From assembly GCF_006345805.1 (NCBI RefSeq), contig NC_043005.1, positions 11,904,001 through 11,968,000 on the forward strand: 64,000 bases of DNA. The letters run 5' to 3'. A program made the position numbers and the translations under genes. Origin of the DNA: Octopus sinensis (taxonomy: Eukaryota). Shown here one piece after another: positions 25,353-39,049 of this stretch. Under the pieces are notes generated by a model that saw only the letters and a program-made list of their open reading frames with translations, had not been told where the DNA came from and ran no database searches. How positions within the stretch are numbered: position 1 is the first letter of the stretch; every line of letters begins with the position of its first letter.

Positions 25353-26180
25353 TACATATGCATGTATATGTATATATGAGCGTGTCTAGACTTGCAGCTG
25401 TATGCATGACAACGCATACATAAAACAAAATATACAAATCTACACATATACATGCATACATATTGTACATACATGCATGCGTACATACATACAAGTAAAA
25501 ATACTCTATTGATGTTGAAACTCCAGTGAATGGGCCTTGGATCTAGATTAGAAACTGGCTCTTTCTCCATTGGCATGAAATTTAGAGATAAAACTAAATA
25601 ACGACATACATGGAGGTGAATTGCTGAAGCACACAGTCTCTTTTCTCCATTGCCGACAAAATACAGGGCCCAAAGTATTAATTTCTGTTTAATTAATACA
25701 TACATATATTGACCTTTTTCAACAATTCATGGAGTTTCCATTGAATTAATTGCCGCTGATATTGCTAAAGTTCTCCGTTACCAGTTTTTTACTAAATAGA
25801 AGTAACCTTCTGTTAGCACGAATATTCTAATATGATATTTTCAATGCTTCAACGCTCTCAATTAATCTGTACCTTCCATATAAATGTAACAATTTAGACG
25901 CCATTTAATTTTTTCATCCGTACTTTCTTCGATATTTATTTTTCTTTCAATATTAATATTTTACATGAACTAAGTACCTTAGGTCAAAATTTGTACTTCT
26001 CAAGAATAAATTTGTAATAGGCTTCTGCTGAAAATACTCTTCAAGGGATTTATGACATGACGAATAAAATAGCAAATATTTTGAGATTTTCAAAAGCTAT
26101 ACACACACAGAGACACATATACAGTCAAACGTGGATGCAAAAATGAATGCATCCATTATATATACATACATACAGATAGT

Positions 26181-26572
26181 AGGCACAGGCGTGGCTGTAT
26201 GGTAAGAAGGCGGCGAGCTGGCAGAAACGTTAGCATGCCGGACGAAATGCATTGCGGTGTCTTTGTCTGCCGTTAAGTTCTGAGTTCAAATTCCGCCGAG
26301 GTCGACTTTGCCTTTCATCCTTTCGAGGTCGATAAATTAAGTACCAGTTACGCACTGGGGTCCATGTAGTCGACTTGATACCTTTGTCTATTCTTGTTTG
26401 TCCCTTGTATGTTTAGCCCTTTGTGGGCAATAAAGAAATAAGAAGTTTGCATCCTAACTACATGGCTCTAGGTTCAGTCCCACTGTGGGCAAGCGTCCTC
26501 TACTGTAGTCTCGGACCGACCAAAGCTTTGTGAGTGGATTTGGTAGATGGAAACTGAAAGAAACCCTCTGTG

Positions 26573-26665
<93 letters not shown>

Positions 26666-26800
26666 TGCGTCTGTCTCTGTTTGTCCCCGCATCATCGCTT
26701 GACAAGCGATGGTGGTGTGCTTACGTCCTGTAACTTAGCGGTTCGGCAGAAGACACCGATAGAATAACAACAAGGCTTATAAAGTCTTGAGATCAATTTG
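26181..26800 (+). mobile_element. SINE A interrupted by a full SINE B (26210-26438)
   Basis: The A head is split; taagaag is duplicated at 26203-26209 and 26439-26445 around the B copy. Confidence 0.88.
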
Positions 26801-26999
26801 TAAATGCAATTGTTGGAAAATAATCCAAAGTTGAATATACGCCATTGCAAGCAGTTATCTAAATAAACATGCCTGCTTGAATAATAAATCTAACAACACG
26901 TCACAGTACATGTTCTAACATAAATGTGGGAGCAAAATCAACACAGGTACAATAATTGGCGAAAGAGCCCAACTAAGAGAACAAGGATCATAAAGCGAA

Positions 27000-27720
27000 G
27001 GACGTTGGTGCAGCGCCTGTCTTTCCGTTCTGAGTTCAAATCTTGTGGAGATCAACTTTGCCTTTCATTGTTTAGGGGTTGATAAAATACGCAGTAGTTG
27101 AGCATTGGGGTTAATATAATCGACTTCCTTGATTCCCTGCAAATCCTGGCCTTGTGCCAAAATTCCAAAGTATTATTATATTTATTAAGGTGGTGAGCTG
27201 GCTGAATTGTGAAGCATGCCGGAGAAAATGCTTAGACGCACTTCGTCCGTTTTTACGTTGTGAGTTCAAATTTTGCTGAGGTTGATTTTGCTTTTTTTTT
27301 CCATTTGGGGGTCGATAAAATAAGTACCAATCGAGTTCTGGGTACCCAATGCACGGACATTACTGGAATTGTGCCTACATTTGAAACCATATTACCATTA
27401 TTATTATAAAGGTGAAGGCAGAGAACTGGCAGAATCGTAAGTACGTTGGTCAGTTCAAATTCCACCGAGGTCGACTTTGCCTTTCATCCTTTCGGGCTCG
27501 ATAAAATAATTACCAGTCGAACACTAGGGTCGATGTAATCGACTCTTCCCCGCCACCCCCAAGCTGCCTCTCTGGAAAAAATTGAAATAATATACTATTG
27601 TTAAGATGGGAGCTAGCAAAATTGTTAAGCATGCCGTGCAAATTACTGAGCGACATCTCGTTCTGAGATCAAATGCCATTGCGGTGAACTTTGCTTTCCT
27701 CATTTCGGGGCCTATAGATT
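27000..27720 (+). mobile_element. Cluster of four co-oriented SINE B copies
   Basis: Repeated (tgag/cag/gaga)ttcaaat/tcaaat..gactttgc/aactttg..gtcgataaaa blocks. Confidence 0.8.
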
Positions 27721-29599
27721 TCAATTGACCAAATTTGGGCACCTGAGACAACAAGTTAAGTTCCTGTGCCTCGACTACGAAACTAAGTTGTATGGTATCA
27801 AAAGAGTTTTCTTTTCACATAATCCTATTTGTGACTCTTACCAAATGTTTCATTGAAAATATGAATGTGAGCGTTTTGTATACATATTTTGTAATAGAAA
27901 AAAACCTTCGTAAATGTCTAGGTATACAGGTAGGTTAGGTAGGGTGACATGTATCGCTATAGAAATTAGGAAATATATGCTTAAATTGTTTCTAAATGAT
28001 TACGATACTTTTTATAAAAGTGTAAAATATACGTATATATATATAAAATTATGTGTAAATGTATATGAAAGTATCCGAAGAGATTCTCTCTACATGCAGA
28101 GAATCACATAATCACCGGCACTCTGAAACTTAACTATGCGCAAACGAAATCGTATACACCTATACATATACCTTCACAAAGACGCTGAAAGAATCATTCA
28201 AAGAGATAACTGCACACGTTCGAACATGACACATAGCGAAACACACAGACACACACACACATACACATACACATTCATTCTTAGAAAATTTATTTAGTTT
28301 TCTTTATGCCACTGTTTTCATGAAGAGATAGCATATACAATTTCAGCTTTTTGATCAGCACAATTTCTTGTGTTGTTTTTGTATTTTTATTCTTGTGTTT
28401 GGAATTTGCAAATTATAGTTTGATCTTTCTCCTTCACTTTTTAATGCAATGCAAATGGTAAAAATCATTGTTGTTACTGTATATCACACATAAAATCCTG
28501 GCAGAACACTCCTATCATCAAAGGCTAGAACTGCCGTTTTTTCCAGTCAGTTTATTATAGCGTACAGTATCCAGTATTATTTATATTTTTTCTTAATTGT
28601 ATTCGAGTAATTTGAGGGAAATTTGAATTAATTCTTCACCATACATACATGCATGCATACATGAATGCGTACATCCATGCATACATGAATACACGCACAT
28701 ATACATACATATAATATGTCAGGAAGTATAAGAGATGATAATATATGTTTAACCACTTGACATTCTTAGGATCACTGGCGTTTCGCAGCCTTCTTCATGA
28801 AGTAATCATCTGAGTGTGGAATAAAATTATGTTTACATTAATATGCATGCTTATGCATTATACAATACAATTGTATATTCATAAATCAATGCAAATAGAG
28901 ATAGCCATTAGATGGTCTGAGAAGCTAGCTTTCTTTATTTGTATTGGTTTGTGAATATAAAATTGTATTGAATTGTAAGACGCATAGCATGCATATTGAT
29001 GCTAACATAAAATTATTCTACACTAAAATTCTTGCTACATAAATAAGGCTGCGAAATGGTCGTAGTCATAATGATGTAAAGCAGTTAAATCTATCGCTCA
29101 TATCTCCTGAATTTTTTATGACCTCCATGCTCCTCAAAGTAATTTCTTTGACCGGGGCTTCTGAGTTTCAGCTGCATGAACATTCTGTATTACACTTTTT
29201 CTGTATTAGATTATTAAGAGGTCTGACATCCAAGTTGGTCAGAGGAGATTTCTGTGATAACCACACGATCCTCTAAATCGATAACTTATATACAAATTAC
29301 ACGCACACATACACGCGCACACACATACACTCACACAGACACACACGCACGCATACACACATATGCACTTTATTTTGGTGGGTATGTATCTGAAATGGGA
29401 AAGGCATTCGATTTTGGTTGTAGAATCACATCGTAACCTTGGAGCTAAGTACATTACTTTGACCGCAGGCCACGGATATTTATGCTATCTACTTTCAGTA
29501 AAATCCCATGTATAAAAAATAGAAATAATAAGTGAGATGGTAACCACCACAATTTCCTTTTCGAGACTTTGGTAACTACAATCCAAATCATTTTGTCTT

Positions 29600-31270
29600 A
29601 ATTCATTTGAAAGCTACTTACGTTATGTAAGAAATGTTCTCTTAGGGAACGACATATCGCTGATGTGGTTCTGACCAGAATTCTACTTTGTTGTTATCTT
29701 GAAATAGTTTTATCGCCCTCATGCCCTTCTCCTTAAGTGAACGATTAGTAATACTCTGTCAATTTCTCCTTTCCTTTCTGATAACTAGAAAAAAAATGTT
29801 GTTCTTGCTATTGTGCCTGTTTTTGTTGCTACTGGGTTCTTTGTTTTCCATTTCCTTTGTTCTTTAATTTTTAAGATTCCTTTTACTGTTGCTGCTGGTA
29901 TCTTCTTGGTGATTTTGTTGTTACGTGGCAGTTGTATCCGCGGTTTTTACTGTTGATTTCTTGTTCACGATGTGTCACACTCGCTATGGTAGTGGCTGTT
30001 GGTCTGTCGAGTGGTGGGGCTGTTTAATCATGACATTTTCAGCACTGATTGGCTTGGCGTTGCCAAGCGTTTGGGCTTTTCGTATCAGGCAACCAGAATT
30101 GTCTGTTCACCCGCTATATCTTGTGTGTTTCTCCACAACCTACCTGCAATTCGGACGTTGAAGGCATGTTAGCGATTGTTCTATTTTGCTCTCTATCATT
30201 TACTTTTGTCCGTACTTGTGTTGGTTGGCAAGAAAACATCTTTCCGGGGGATTTTTCCAAGTATATTAGCAATTCATTCTACAGTTGATACTGCTCTATT
30301 TCTGAAGTTGCTGCGATCCAGGTTTTGGAAAAAGTGGTTAAAAAACACCATCTCCTTTCACGTAGCTTACTGTAGAGCAGAAAGTTTTGAGGCCCTTCGT
30401 TTTGCCACAAATATGGACCCTCGAATTTCTAGTATCTCACTTCACTTGCATTTCCTCACACATCCCGAAGAAAAAGAATGGTCGAGGATGCCTTCCAGAA
30501 TTTCTAGTTCGACTAATGTGGAACAGGGACAATGCTCTTTTGTTTTGTTGGGAGTTTGTTTTCTAACTTATCTCTTCATATTCTTCGAACATTGCAACAA
30601 TACTTACCTGGACCATAAGTTACTGGAAGTTTCTGAATTTGTTTTTTGAAACCATAACATATTCTGCGATGTGCCGCTCCTATGGCTTCTATCTGGCTGT
30701 TGCGGATAACTATTATCTCGCGCTATCTTCATTTTGCCAGAAATCTATTGTGCATCCCACCTCTTCCAAGCATTTTTCAACACATGCAACATTTGGGTAC
30801 CACTCTCTCCTTTATTGTTCATTGACTTGCCTCTAATATGAAGGAAATTCTCTTCAAAAAATCATCGCTATAGTTTTTGGTGTAATCTAGGTTCAACGTT
30901 GTTATTAGTTGTGATGTTACTGATGTTATTGTTAATTTCTCGACGACTTTGAATGGGAGGTGTTACTGCCTGGCATTAGTCACCAGTTACTAAATTTGGA
31001 ATATACCACCGAAGTCGTTTTCGCACGAGGTAATAGGGCAGATATCTTCATTCTCCTCCTCATCTTTTAAACTTGCGCTAGATTTTTTTAATAAAAGTTA
31101 TTAGAAACTATTCAAGCGAAAATTCTTTCGGAACGGAGATCACGAAAAATTTGGCGGAAATGGCTTTTTCAACGGTGGAAATCGGCAAAAGTAAAGCAAA
31201 TTTTGTTAAAGCTCACCAGCAGTACTTCAGCGTGTATTCCTTGTGCGGTCACGCAGGTAGACTCCAGTCG
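29600..31270 (-). mobile_element. Probable decayed LINE 5' UTR/ORF1 remnant
   Basis: GC-elevated with codon-like but stop-riddled minus frames; similar in style to 62900-63910. No diagnostic motif confirmed. Confidence 0.4.
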
Positions 31271-31395
31271 ATTTTTCAATCCGAGGGGAGGCTTGAACCA
31301 GATATATCACATGCCATGAGTACTGGAAACAACTGTAAGGCAAATTTGCTTTAAGGAAGGAATTTTATGTAATGGCTATTATTTCAGCTTGATAT

Positions 31396-31428
<33 letters not shown>

Positions 31429-31763
31429 CATACACACACACACATACATACTACACGAACACACATATATACATTGGGACGCACACTTAAGATGCTTTTA
31501 CAATTAATAATAATAGCAGTGAGAAGAAAAAGACAATCAAAAGAAATATCAATAAAAATATCAATGATAAAAATAACTTTGATAACTACAGAATGAAATT
31601 ATGACTAGAAGGAATTTAAATTTCCTCCTAATTATAATAAAAAAGCTGCTATGAATTGTTTGTTCTGATAATGTCTTTCCATTACAGCAAAGTGAACAAA
31701 TCATTGGTTACGTTTTCTAAGAAAAATATTAAAATATATGTACATATACATAAAACTATGTGA

Positions 31764-31796
<33 letters not shown>

Positions 31797-32477
31797 TGTT
31801 ATATTATATTATATACATACTCAGGTATATAAGCATAGGAAGGTATTCATTTCTAAATGCAATTATAGCGTGTCTAATTTAATAAATGTTACGATGGTTT
31901 ATTAAGTTCATTACGTTGAAAATACTATGTTCAGAAGTACTGTACTAAAAATGTGTGCGCATTCATACATACGTATTAGAATACATTTTTGTCTATATCT
32001 TATGCATATAAATATTGTATCCTTATATATATGTAAACTTTTTAAATTATGTTCTCACAATGAGAAAGTGATAATTATAAAATAATTGGAATAGATAATA
32101 ACGAACTTTTGTCGCATATTCCATCAGACAATACAAGTGTAATAATTATTCTATCTCTATTATACTCTTTTCCAAATTTGGTCATACTTATGTGTGTATG
32201 TTACTCCAAATATGTATTTTTTTATCGTATAAATACACACAAACTTTACCTATCGAAATATGTATGCACACATACACCCACACAGGTACATGAATATGTT
32301 GGTAAAGAAATGGAAAGACAGCACGAAATAGTGCGTTGAAGGTATGAGTACCTAACTGGTTTTTTTTTGTATCTCCATACAAATTTTGAAGCATATCTGC
32401 TCCTACAAGCATTGCGGAAATGAGAGGGAGTGAAGCTGTTATTAAAAACACAGAAACATGCAAACCCATAAGCGCGG

Positions 32478-33245
32478 TTTTGCGAGCTGGCAGAATCGTT
32501 AGCACGTCTGGTAAAATACTTAGCGGTATTTCATCCGTCTTTACGTTCTGAGTTCAAATTCCGCCGAGGTCGACTTTGCCTTTCATCCTTTCGTGGTTGA
32601 TAAATTAAGTACCAGTTACGCATTGGGGTCGATGTAATTGACTTAATCCCTTTGTCTGTCTTTATTTGTCTCCTCTATGTTTAGCCCCTTGTGGGTAGTT
32701 AAGAAATAGGTATTTCATTCGTCTTTACGTTCTGAGTTCAAATTCCGCCGAAGTCGACTTTACCTTTTATCCTTCGGGTCGACAAAATAAGTACTAACTG
32801 AGTACTGTAGTCGATGTATTTGATCTTCCCTTCCTCCGAAATTTCTATCCTAGAGCCAAAATTTAAAACCACTGTTGTTATTATTAAGGCTGTGACCTGA
32901 CAGAATCGTTAACATGCCGGATTATATGCTTAGCGGAATGTCGTCGGTCCTTACTTTCTGTAGTTCAAATGCCGCCCAGGTCGACTCTGTGTCTCATCAT
33001 TTCGAGGTCGATAAAGTGCTAACTGAACATTGCAGTCTATGTAAATGACTTGCACCCGACATCCACACCATAAATTTCAGGACTTAGCGGCACTTCTTCC
33101 GGCTTTACATTCTTAATTGAAATGCTGCACAAGTCAACTCTGCCTTTCGTCCTTTCCCGGTCGATAAAACTTGTACCAGTTAAGCACTGGGGTCGATGCA
33201 ATCAACTACTGTCTCTCCCACATTTTCGAGCATTTTGCGTTTAGT
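32478..33245 (+). mobile_element. Tandem SINE B cluster (dimer plus two degenerate copies)
   Basis: Near-consensus B at 32478-32710, directly followed by partial repeats. Confidence 0.88.
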
Positions 33246-33404
33246 GGGCAGAAAACTTTACTGCAGAACAGGTAGGCACGCTGATTTAGGGTTTCAGGTA
33301 ATTGCCCAAATTTGCTAATTTTCTTCGCCAGGGGTATGTTTGCTATATTTCTACCGTTTTTTCGTTATATTGTGTAAAGGAGATTACTTACAAGCATATG
33401 TTTC

Positions 33405-33406
<2 letters not shown>

Positions 33407-33449
<43 letters not shown>

Positions 33450-33478
33450 TTAATAATAATAATATTAATAATAATAAT
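33407..33478. repeat. (AAT)n microsatellite
   Basis: Read directly. Confidence 0.97.
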
Positions 33479-34639
33479 GTCGAAGAATTCTGGATTCCAT
33501 GACATGTTAATGACTTTCCAATAGATGTCATTATTCGGGATTTTGAATCCTATGGGTGGACGACAGTAACATATAAGTTCTAGTTTTCATATAACGGGAA
33601 GTATTTTAGCATAGCCTTAATAACAAACTCTCAACAACTGTTATAATTACTTTTAAAACCTATTTTCTCTACAGTCAATAGTAACATCAGAGTACAGGCT
33701 TTTTTGTGAATAGAAGTTTCATTTAGCAACTATGCATTTTCTGGTTCATCTTGGGCAGATCACACCTTGAGCGGGTCACAACTTAGGAAAATGTTTTCTG
33801 AGATAGCTTTGATTCAGTCTAAGCATAACATTTGAAGACTGCGTACAGAGAAATTTCGTAGAAGCGCAATAAAACGTTACCTGTTCTTGGGTTTTAACTT
33901 TAATCTTTCACTCAGTTTATCATCCCAACCGGAAAGAGGATACCTACATCAGAGGCAGGTCTTCAGTTTGAACATACCTTCGTTTTCTCCTATCCTTCTC
34001 GGAAGCTCAAGATATATTTATCGGTGACGGCCATCTTCCACTTAAATACTATTAGACGGTAGAATTACGCAACTGATAGTTAATCCTATTAGTTAATTCT
34101 TATTACAGAATCTGCACATAATCATCATTCCGTTGACCCCTATTCAAATACGCATTGAAATTCTACAGCCAACCCACTGCTTTGCAACCATAAATATGAA
34201 CTTCTATCATGGTTACAAAATTGCTCATGTTTATGGGTGTATTTAATTTATTTTATTGCTCATGAAGAGCTGGTACTCCTGGCATTCATTGACTCTATAA
34301 AACAGAGGAGGTTGACGTAGCTGAGTTTATCTTGAACAGTTGTAAGTTGATGGATAAAGAGAAAATTCCAGAAAAATCAATGTTTTAGTGTAGAGGTTAA
34401 GATTAGCCCGGTTAGGAGTGATTGATCATATCGGTAACAAGAGATTAAATGAATACATCTAATGAGTCTGATGAGTCTGGGGTGATAATGTTGGCAGTTC
34501 AAGAGCAACCAGTTTCAAGGATCAAGGATCAATATTCACTGCAGAAGTGGCAGAAAAATCAAATCAATGGGAAACAAGAACACATCTGTGGTCAAGATTA
34601 TGAAGTGTGGGAAATGTGTCGTCGGATGTGCGAAATACA

Positions 34640-34930
34640 TTAAACGTAAAGTGAACTTGAGATGACTTTGAACTCACAACATAAGAAGCACTTAAACACT
34701 GCAAGGTGTTGTGAGCCGTTCGACAGAGTCTACAAGTCCTCTGCTCTACCCAGTGTCCTCAGGGATACTTATATTTTCTAAGGGTACAGTCAATCTTTCT
34801 ACATAACTGATACTTAATTTTATCGAAAAAGTAAAGTTGGTTAAGGTGAGATTTGAACTCAGAACGAAACGTGCAACAACTAAAGTAAGAGATTTTGTCG
34901 GATGTTCTAACGGTTCTAATCGCCCACACT
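34640..34930 (-). mobile_element. Degenerate SINE B-like fragments
   Basis: atttgaactcagaacg..ctaacggttctaatcgccc. Confidence 0.55.
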
Positions 34931-37402
34931 TTGATGATATAATAATGATAACGTCTAGTGATGTTTCTAGCACCATTGTTGCACCGAAAAAAAATTATCC
35001 TTGGTACATGTTACTGTTGTTTAGCCTACTGGTCAACTTCCATTCTGGGTGAATATACCTGCGATCAGAAATTCTTCAGACATTATTGTTTTATGATTAT
35101 TTCGGACTACATTGTCATTTATTCGTTTCCTTACATATTTGAGTTGGTAGAGTATGATTTGATAAAGATTTGGCTGTTGCTTCTAGCAAATAGAGAGATT
35201 ATGCTAAACGCTGGCATTGACTCATTTATTACTAAGATCTGTTGCTCATAGGCGGTGTACGTCAGGTACAGTTCCTGCAATGAGGATTCGAAAGCTGACT
35301 TAAAACGTTACTGATTGAGACCTAACATCTATAACACAAAGCTGATATGATCTTCCTTGATTTATTGAATTTTTACCACCATGTCTGCCCCCATCAAACG
35401 TTGATCTTCACTAGAAACAGAACAGAACATCATCCTTTTGAGCTGTATATGTAGTTAAACTATGGTAATTTATGATGCAGTTTTAAATTTACATTTCACT
35501 CTATCAGTCTCTTTCTACTACTCTTCACCCTCTGGTTTTTATTCTCTTTTGTAACTTAAATGTTACATACCTCATCTTCTACTTCATCATCAAGTATTGA
35601 TTATTCCACCAAATAATACGGAATTCACAGCTCAGCTTTGCTATCGCCGGTAATAGCAAATGAATTGGTTACAGACGTCATGTCTAAACGACATATCTGA
35701 ACGCAGTGGACATAAAGCAACTGCATGAACAGTACTATGTAAATTGATTCCCTCTAACCTTGCCTCGGTAACAACACGATAATTTACTGTTAAGAAACGA
35801 CAATCTATTACATCGTTTGAATATAATAATGTAATGTAGCTATGTTTATGAAAATAGATAAACAAGACGAAACAAACCAATATTACGACGCTGAATGAAT
35901 AAAATGCTATGCAGTCCAAACACATGCGACGTGTTCATATTTAGCTGGGGTTGATTTTAATCCGCAAGGATTAAAATATAAGCACTAATGAATGTAAAGA
36001 ATTCAATTGAATCAAATTCATCCACCCACAAAATATATGGCATAGCGAATAAGCCGGAAATTATCATTCACTTTTTCATTACTATATTTCGTTGAAATAC
36101 ACTGCTTTCGCTTTAATTTTAAATATAAGAATTAAGTTAAATAATCGTCTTCAGATTCCTTGAAAATAGACGGTTTGCATCGTAGAACTACAGGGGCAGT
36201 CTGGGGCTGGTTAGGAAGTCCTGGAACATAATTGCCTTGTAGATTTTAGCAACACACTTTCATTTTCGTTTCCTCGCTCGCAAGAGTCTAGCCTGATCTT
36301 TTAACATTCTGAGATCTACTAATTTTCAAGTATGCATTGGAAACGACTCATTTGGATATATTTGACCATATAAACCACAAAACCCGTCTTCTTTTGGTTA
36401 ATACACTATTATTCTTGGGATACTTGCAACATCAAATCAATGCACTAAAGCCAAATGCTTAAGAAGCTTACGTTGAAATTACGTGCATTTGGATTCAATT
36501 TCACTGCATGATATCATAGGCTAGTGTCTCTTGTGAATGAAACTGTACTGCAGCCAATTCGATGAATTGTATACCTGTAGCATGAAGATAGATCATTCTC
36601 ATACACAGGTAACACTGTTACCAAGAAGAAACTCGTAGGAGCATATATGTGTCTGTATAACATTGAGCCACTTAAACACTAATTTCATGATATATTAGTA
36701 CAGTTGATGGATCAACTAAAACTAGGAAATTCCGAACGAGGTCCATTGCTGCCTTCAAATATAATCGTTTACCTTTCCATGATGATAAAATTGATAAATT
36801 TTCTAACAACCAATGATGTCGTTGGTATTTCTGGTCTTCTACCGATGTAAGATACACGATTATGACTATAGCTCACTGTAAATTGTGATTTAGCATGTTT
36901 TTATTGGTGTTTATAGATGTCTGTGCGTGATGTATTTACATTTTTCTTATAAGTCAGTGAATTAATGTTTCCGTATTCTGGTAGTTGCTCTTTGAAATCC
37001 AGTTGCTAGACCATCGTGTTTCATCTTTTTGACCAATTCATTACTATTATATACACGATATATCCCTGATTTTATTGACATAGATGTTCTTTCTTTTAGT
37101 GAAATTTGATTTTCACTTTGAGAGTGACCTCCAAGTAACTGTTAGATAGTTTATGACAAGAGTACCAATATTAAATTGTTTGTCTTGAATTTGTAAGAAT
37201 CTCTCTCTCTCTTTTTAAAAAATAAATGCATGCTCATATACCAATACATACACATATGCAAATGCACAGACGCAAACGCACACACTTATATATGCATTTA
37301 CTTAACTCTATGTGAGAAGAGTTTGACTTGGTTTTATTAGCAGGAAGGCTTATCTGTCCTTTGGTTATGAATGCCCCAGAAAAAATATATTTTGTGTTTC
37401 AG

Positions 37403-37471
37403 TGATTGCCTTATTTATATAACTTATTCTACCGTCCAAAACGGGGACAATAAAGAACCTCTTCATGGTTG
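37403..37471 (+). other. Candidate isolated 69-nt exon
   Basis: ttttgtgtttcag|tgattgcc...catggttg|gtaagc; length is a multiple of 3 with one open frame (DCLIYITYSTVQNGDNKEPLHG); no homology recognised. Confidence 0.25.
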
Positions 37472-38776
37472 GTAAGCCTACTGCAAGTACAGGTTGCGAC
37501 AGAAATACCTCCCATATTTGAAAGTTTGAGAGAAGGAAAAAGAAACAATATTTATGAAAAATTAATTTTACTGTTGTTTAAACAAAAGGTTACTGTTTGA
37601 AAACATTATTGGCATTTGCATAAGTTCATTAGCAATACATAGGTGAAAGTTAAAAATGTGCCGCACCCTGTAGAAAACAAGATTTCCCTCGAATCTGTGC
37701 TAGCCTTAAAAATAAAACACAAATTGGGTTACATAGTTCTATATTTTCCTTAGAGATAGTATATTATTAGTAGGGAAAAAAATTTAGATAACGTCTCTTA
37801 TATGAGTTCCAAGCGAAAGTAATTCTTAATACATACAGTGGTTTTCTGTTTAATGTATAATGAAATTTAGTAAATGTACATCGTAAAATTTCCAAGGTTA
37901 TGGGCTTCAAATAATTACATATTTCTAATGATAGAAAATGTAATTAAACTCTTCCTGAGCCTGGTAAAATAATCTAATGCTGGTAGCATCAGGGAATATA
38001 TAAGCATATATAATATTCCTGAAAACCGAAACGGGTAGGATTGAAATTTTGCGAACCTGTGCTTGCTTTTCACTTTTCCATCGACGGAAATGTAATACTG
38101 CCACACTTTAATGGTTTATTTATTTTCTAAGTTATCTAAATAAACTGGAGAAGAAAAGAGCTTCATCCGGAATAGAAACCGTTTCCTCATTGTATAGTTC
38201 TTGTACAACTTCGAACTAAATACTGCTCAAATCTGAATCCGCAGCTTAAATATTTGCGTCAAAACTAACAGCTTTAACAAAAGAGAAATGTGATTGCGTA
38301 TATCTACAAAAGCATCTTTTGTAAGGAATAAATGACTTTCGTGTGAGGAGAATCCACGAAACAAAAACTAGGAATCACTTCAAACAGCCATCACAGTCAC
38401 TGAATGTCTAGATTTCGATGTCTTATGTGTCATTAGCACAACATAACAGCTTTATCAATATTAATAGAATTCCGAATCTTCCAAACATTTAGCAACGACG
38501 GAATTGCAATAGAAATCAATAAAGGTAGTTCTGTGTTTGTAGAACAGCCGTTTGTCTTTTTCATTTGTAAGAATTCCTTTACATTTCCTGCTGATATTTA
38601 CTTTATTTTCTTGTTGCTATTGTAGTTGGCTTGGTTGGTTTTAGATGGAAAGAAATGCTGTTCAAGTAATCACACAACGTTTTTAATTAAACGTGCTCGC
38701 TGACATATGCTAACACAAATATGCACTTCCATAAATGTAGAAATATACATAGGTTAACATGTACAAATGTATGTAG

Positions 38777-38826
<50 letters not shown>

Positions 38827-39049
38827 TATATAAACACGTCTACATTTATGCATCCACAAAAACACAGAAATGCGATTTATATAAAGGAATAAGCATTGCA
38901 GAAACAAGAAATTTAAATATAAATAAATATGATCCCGTTTAGATCGTAAATATATTTATATGATATAACAGTTTGACTAACGCACATAAGTATTTGTGTG
39001 TGTGTGTGTGGTATTATCATTGATATGCAAAAATATGTAAACATATTAT

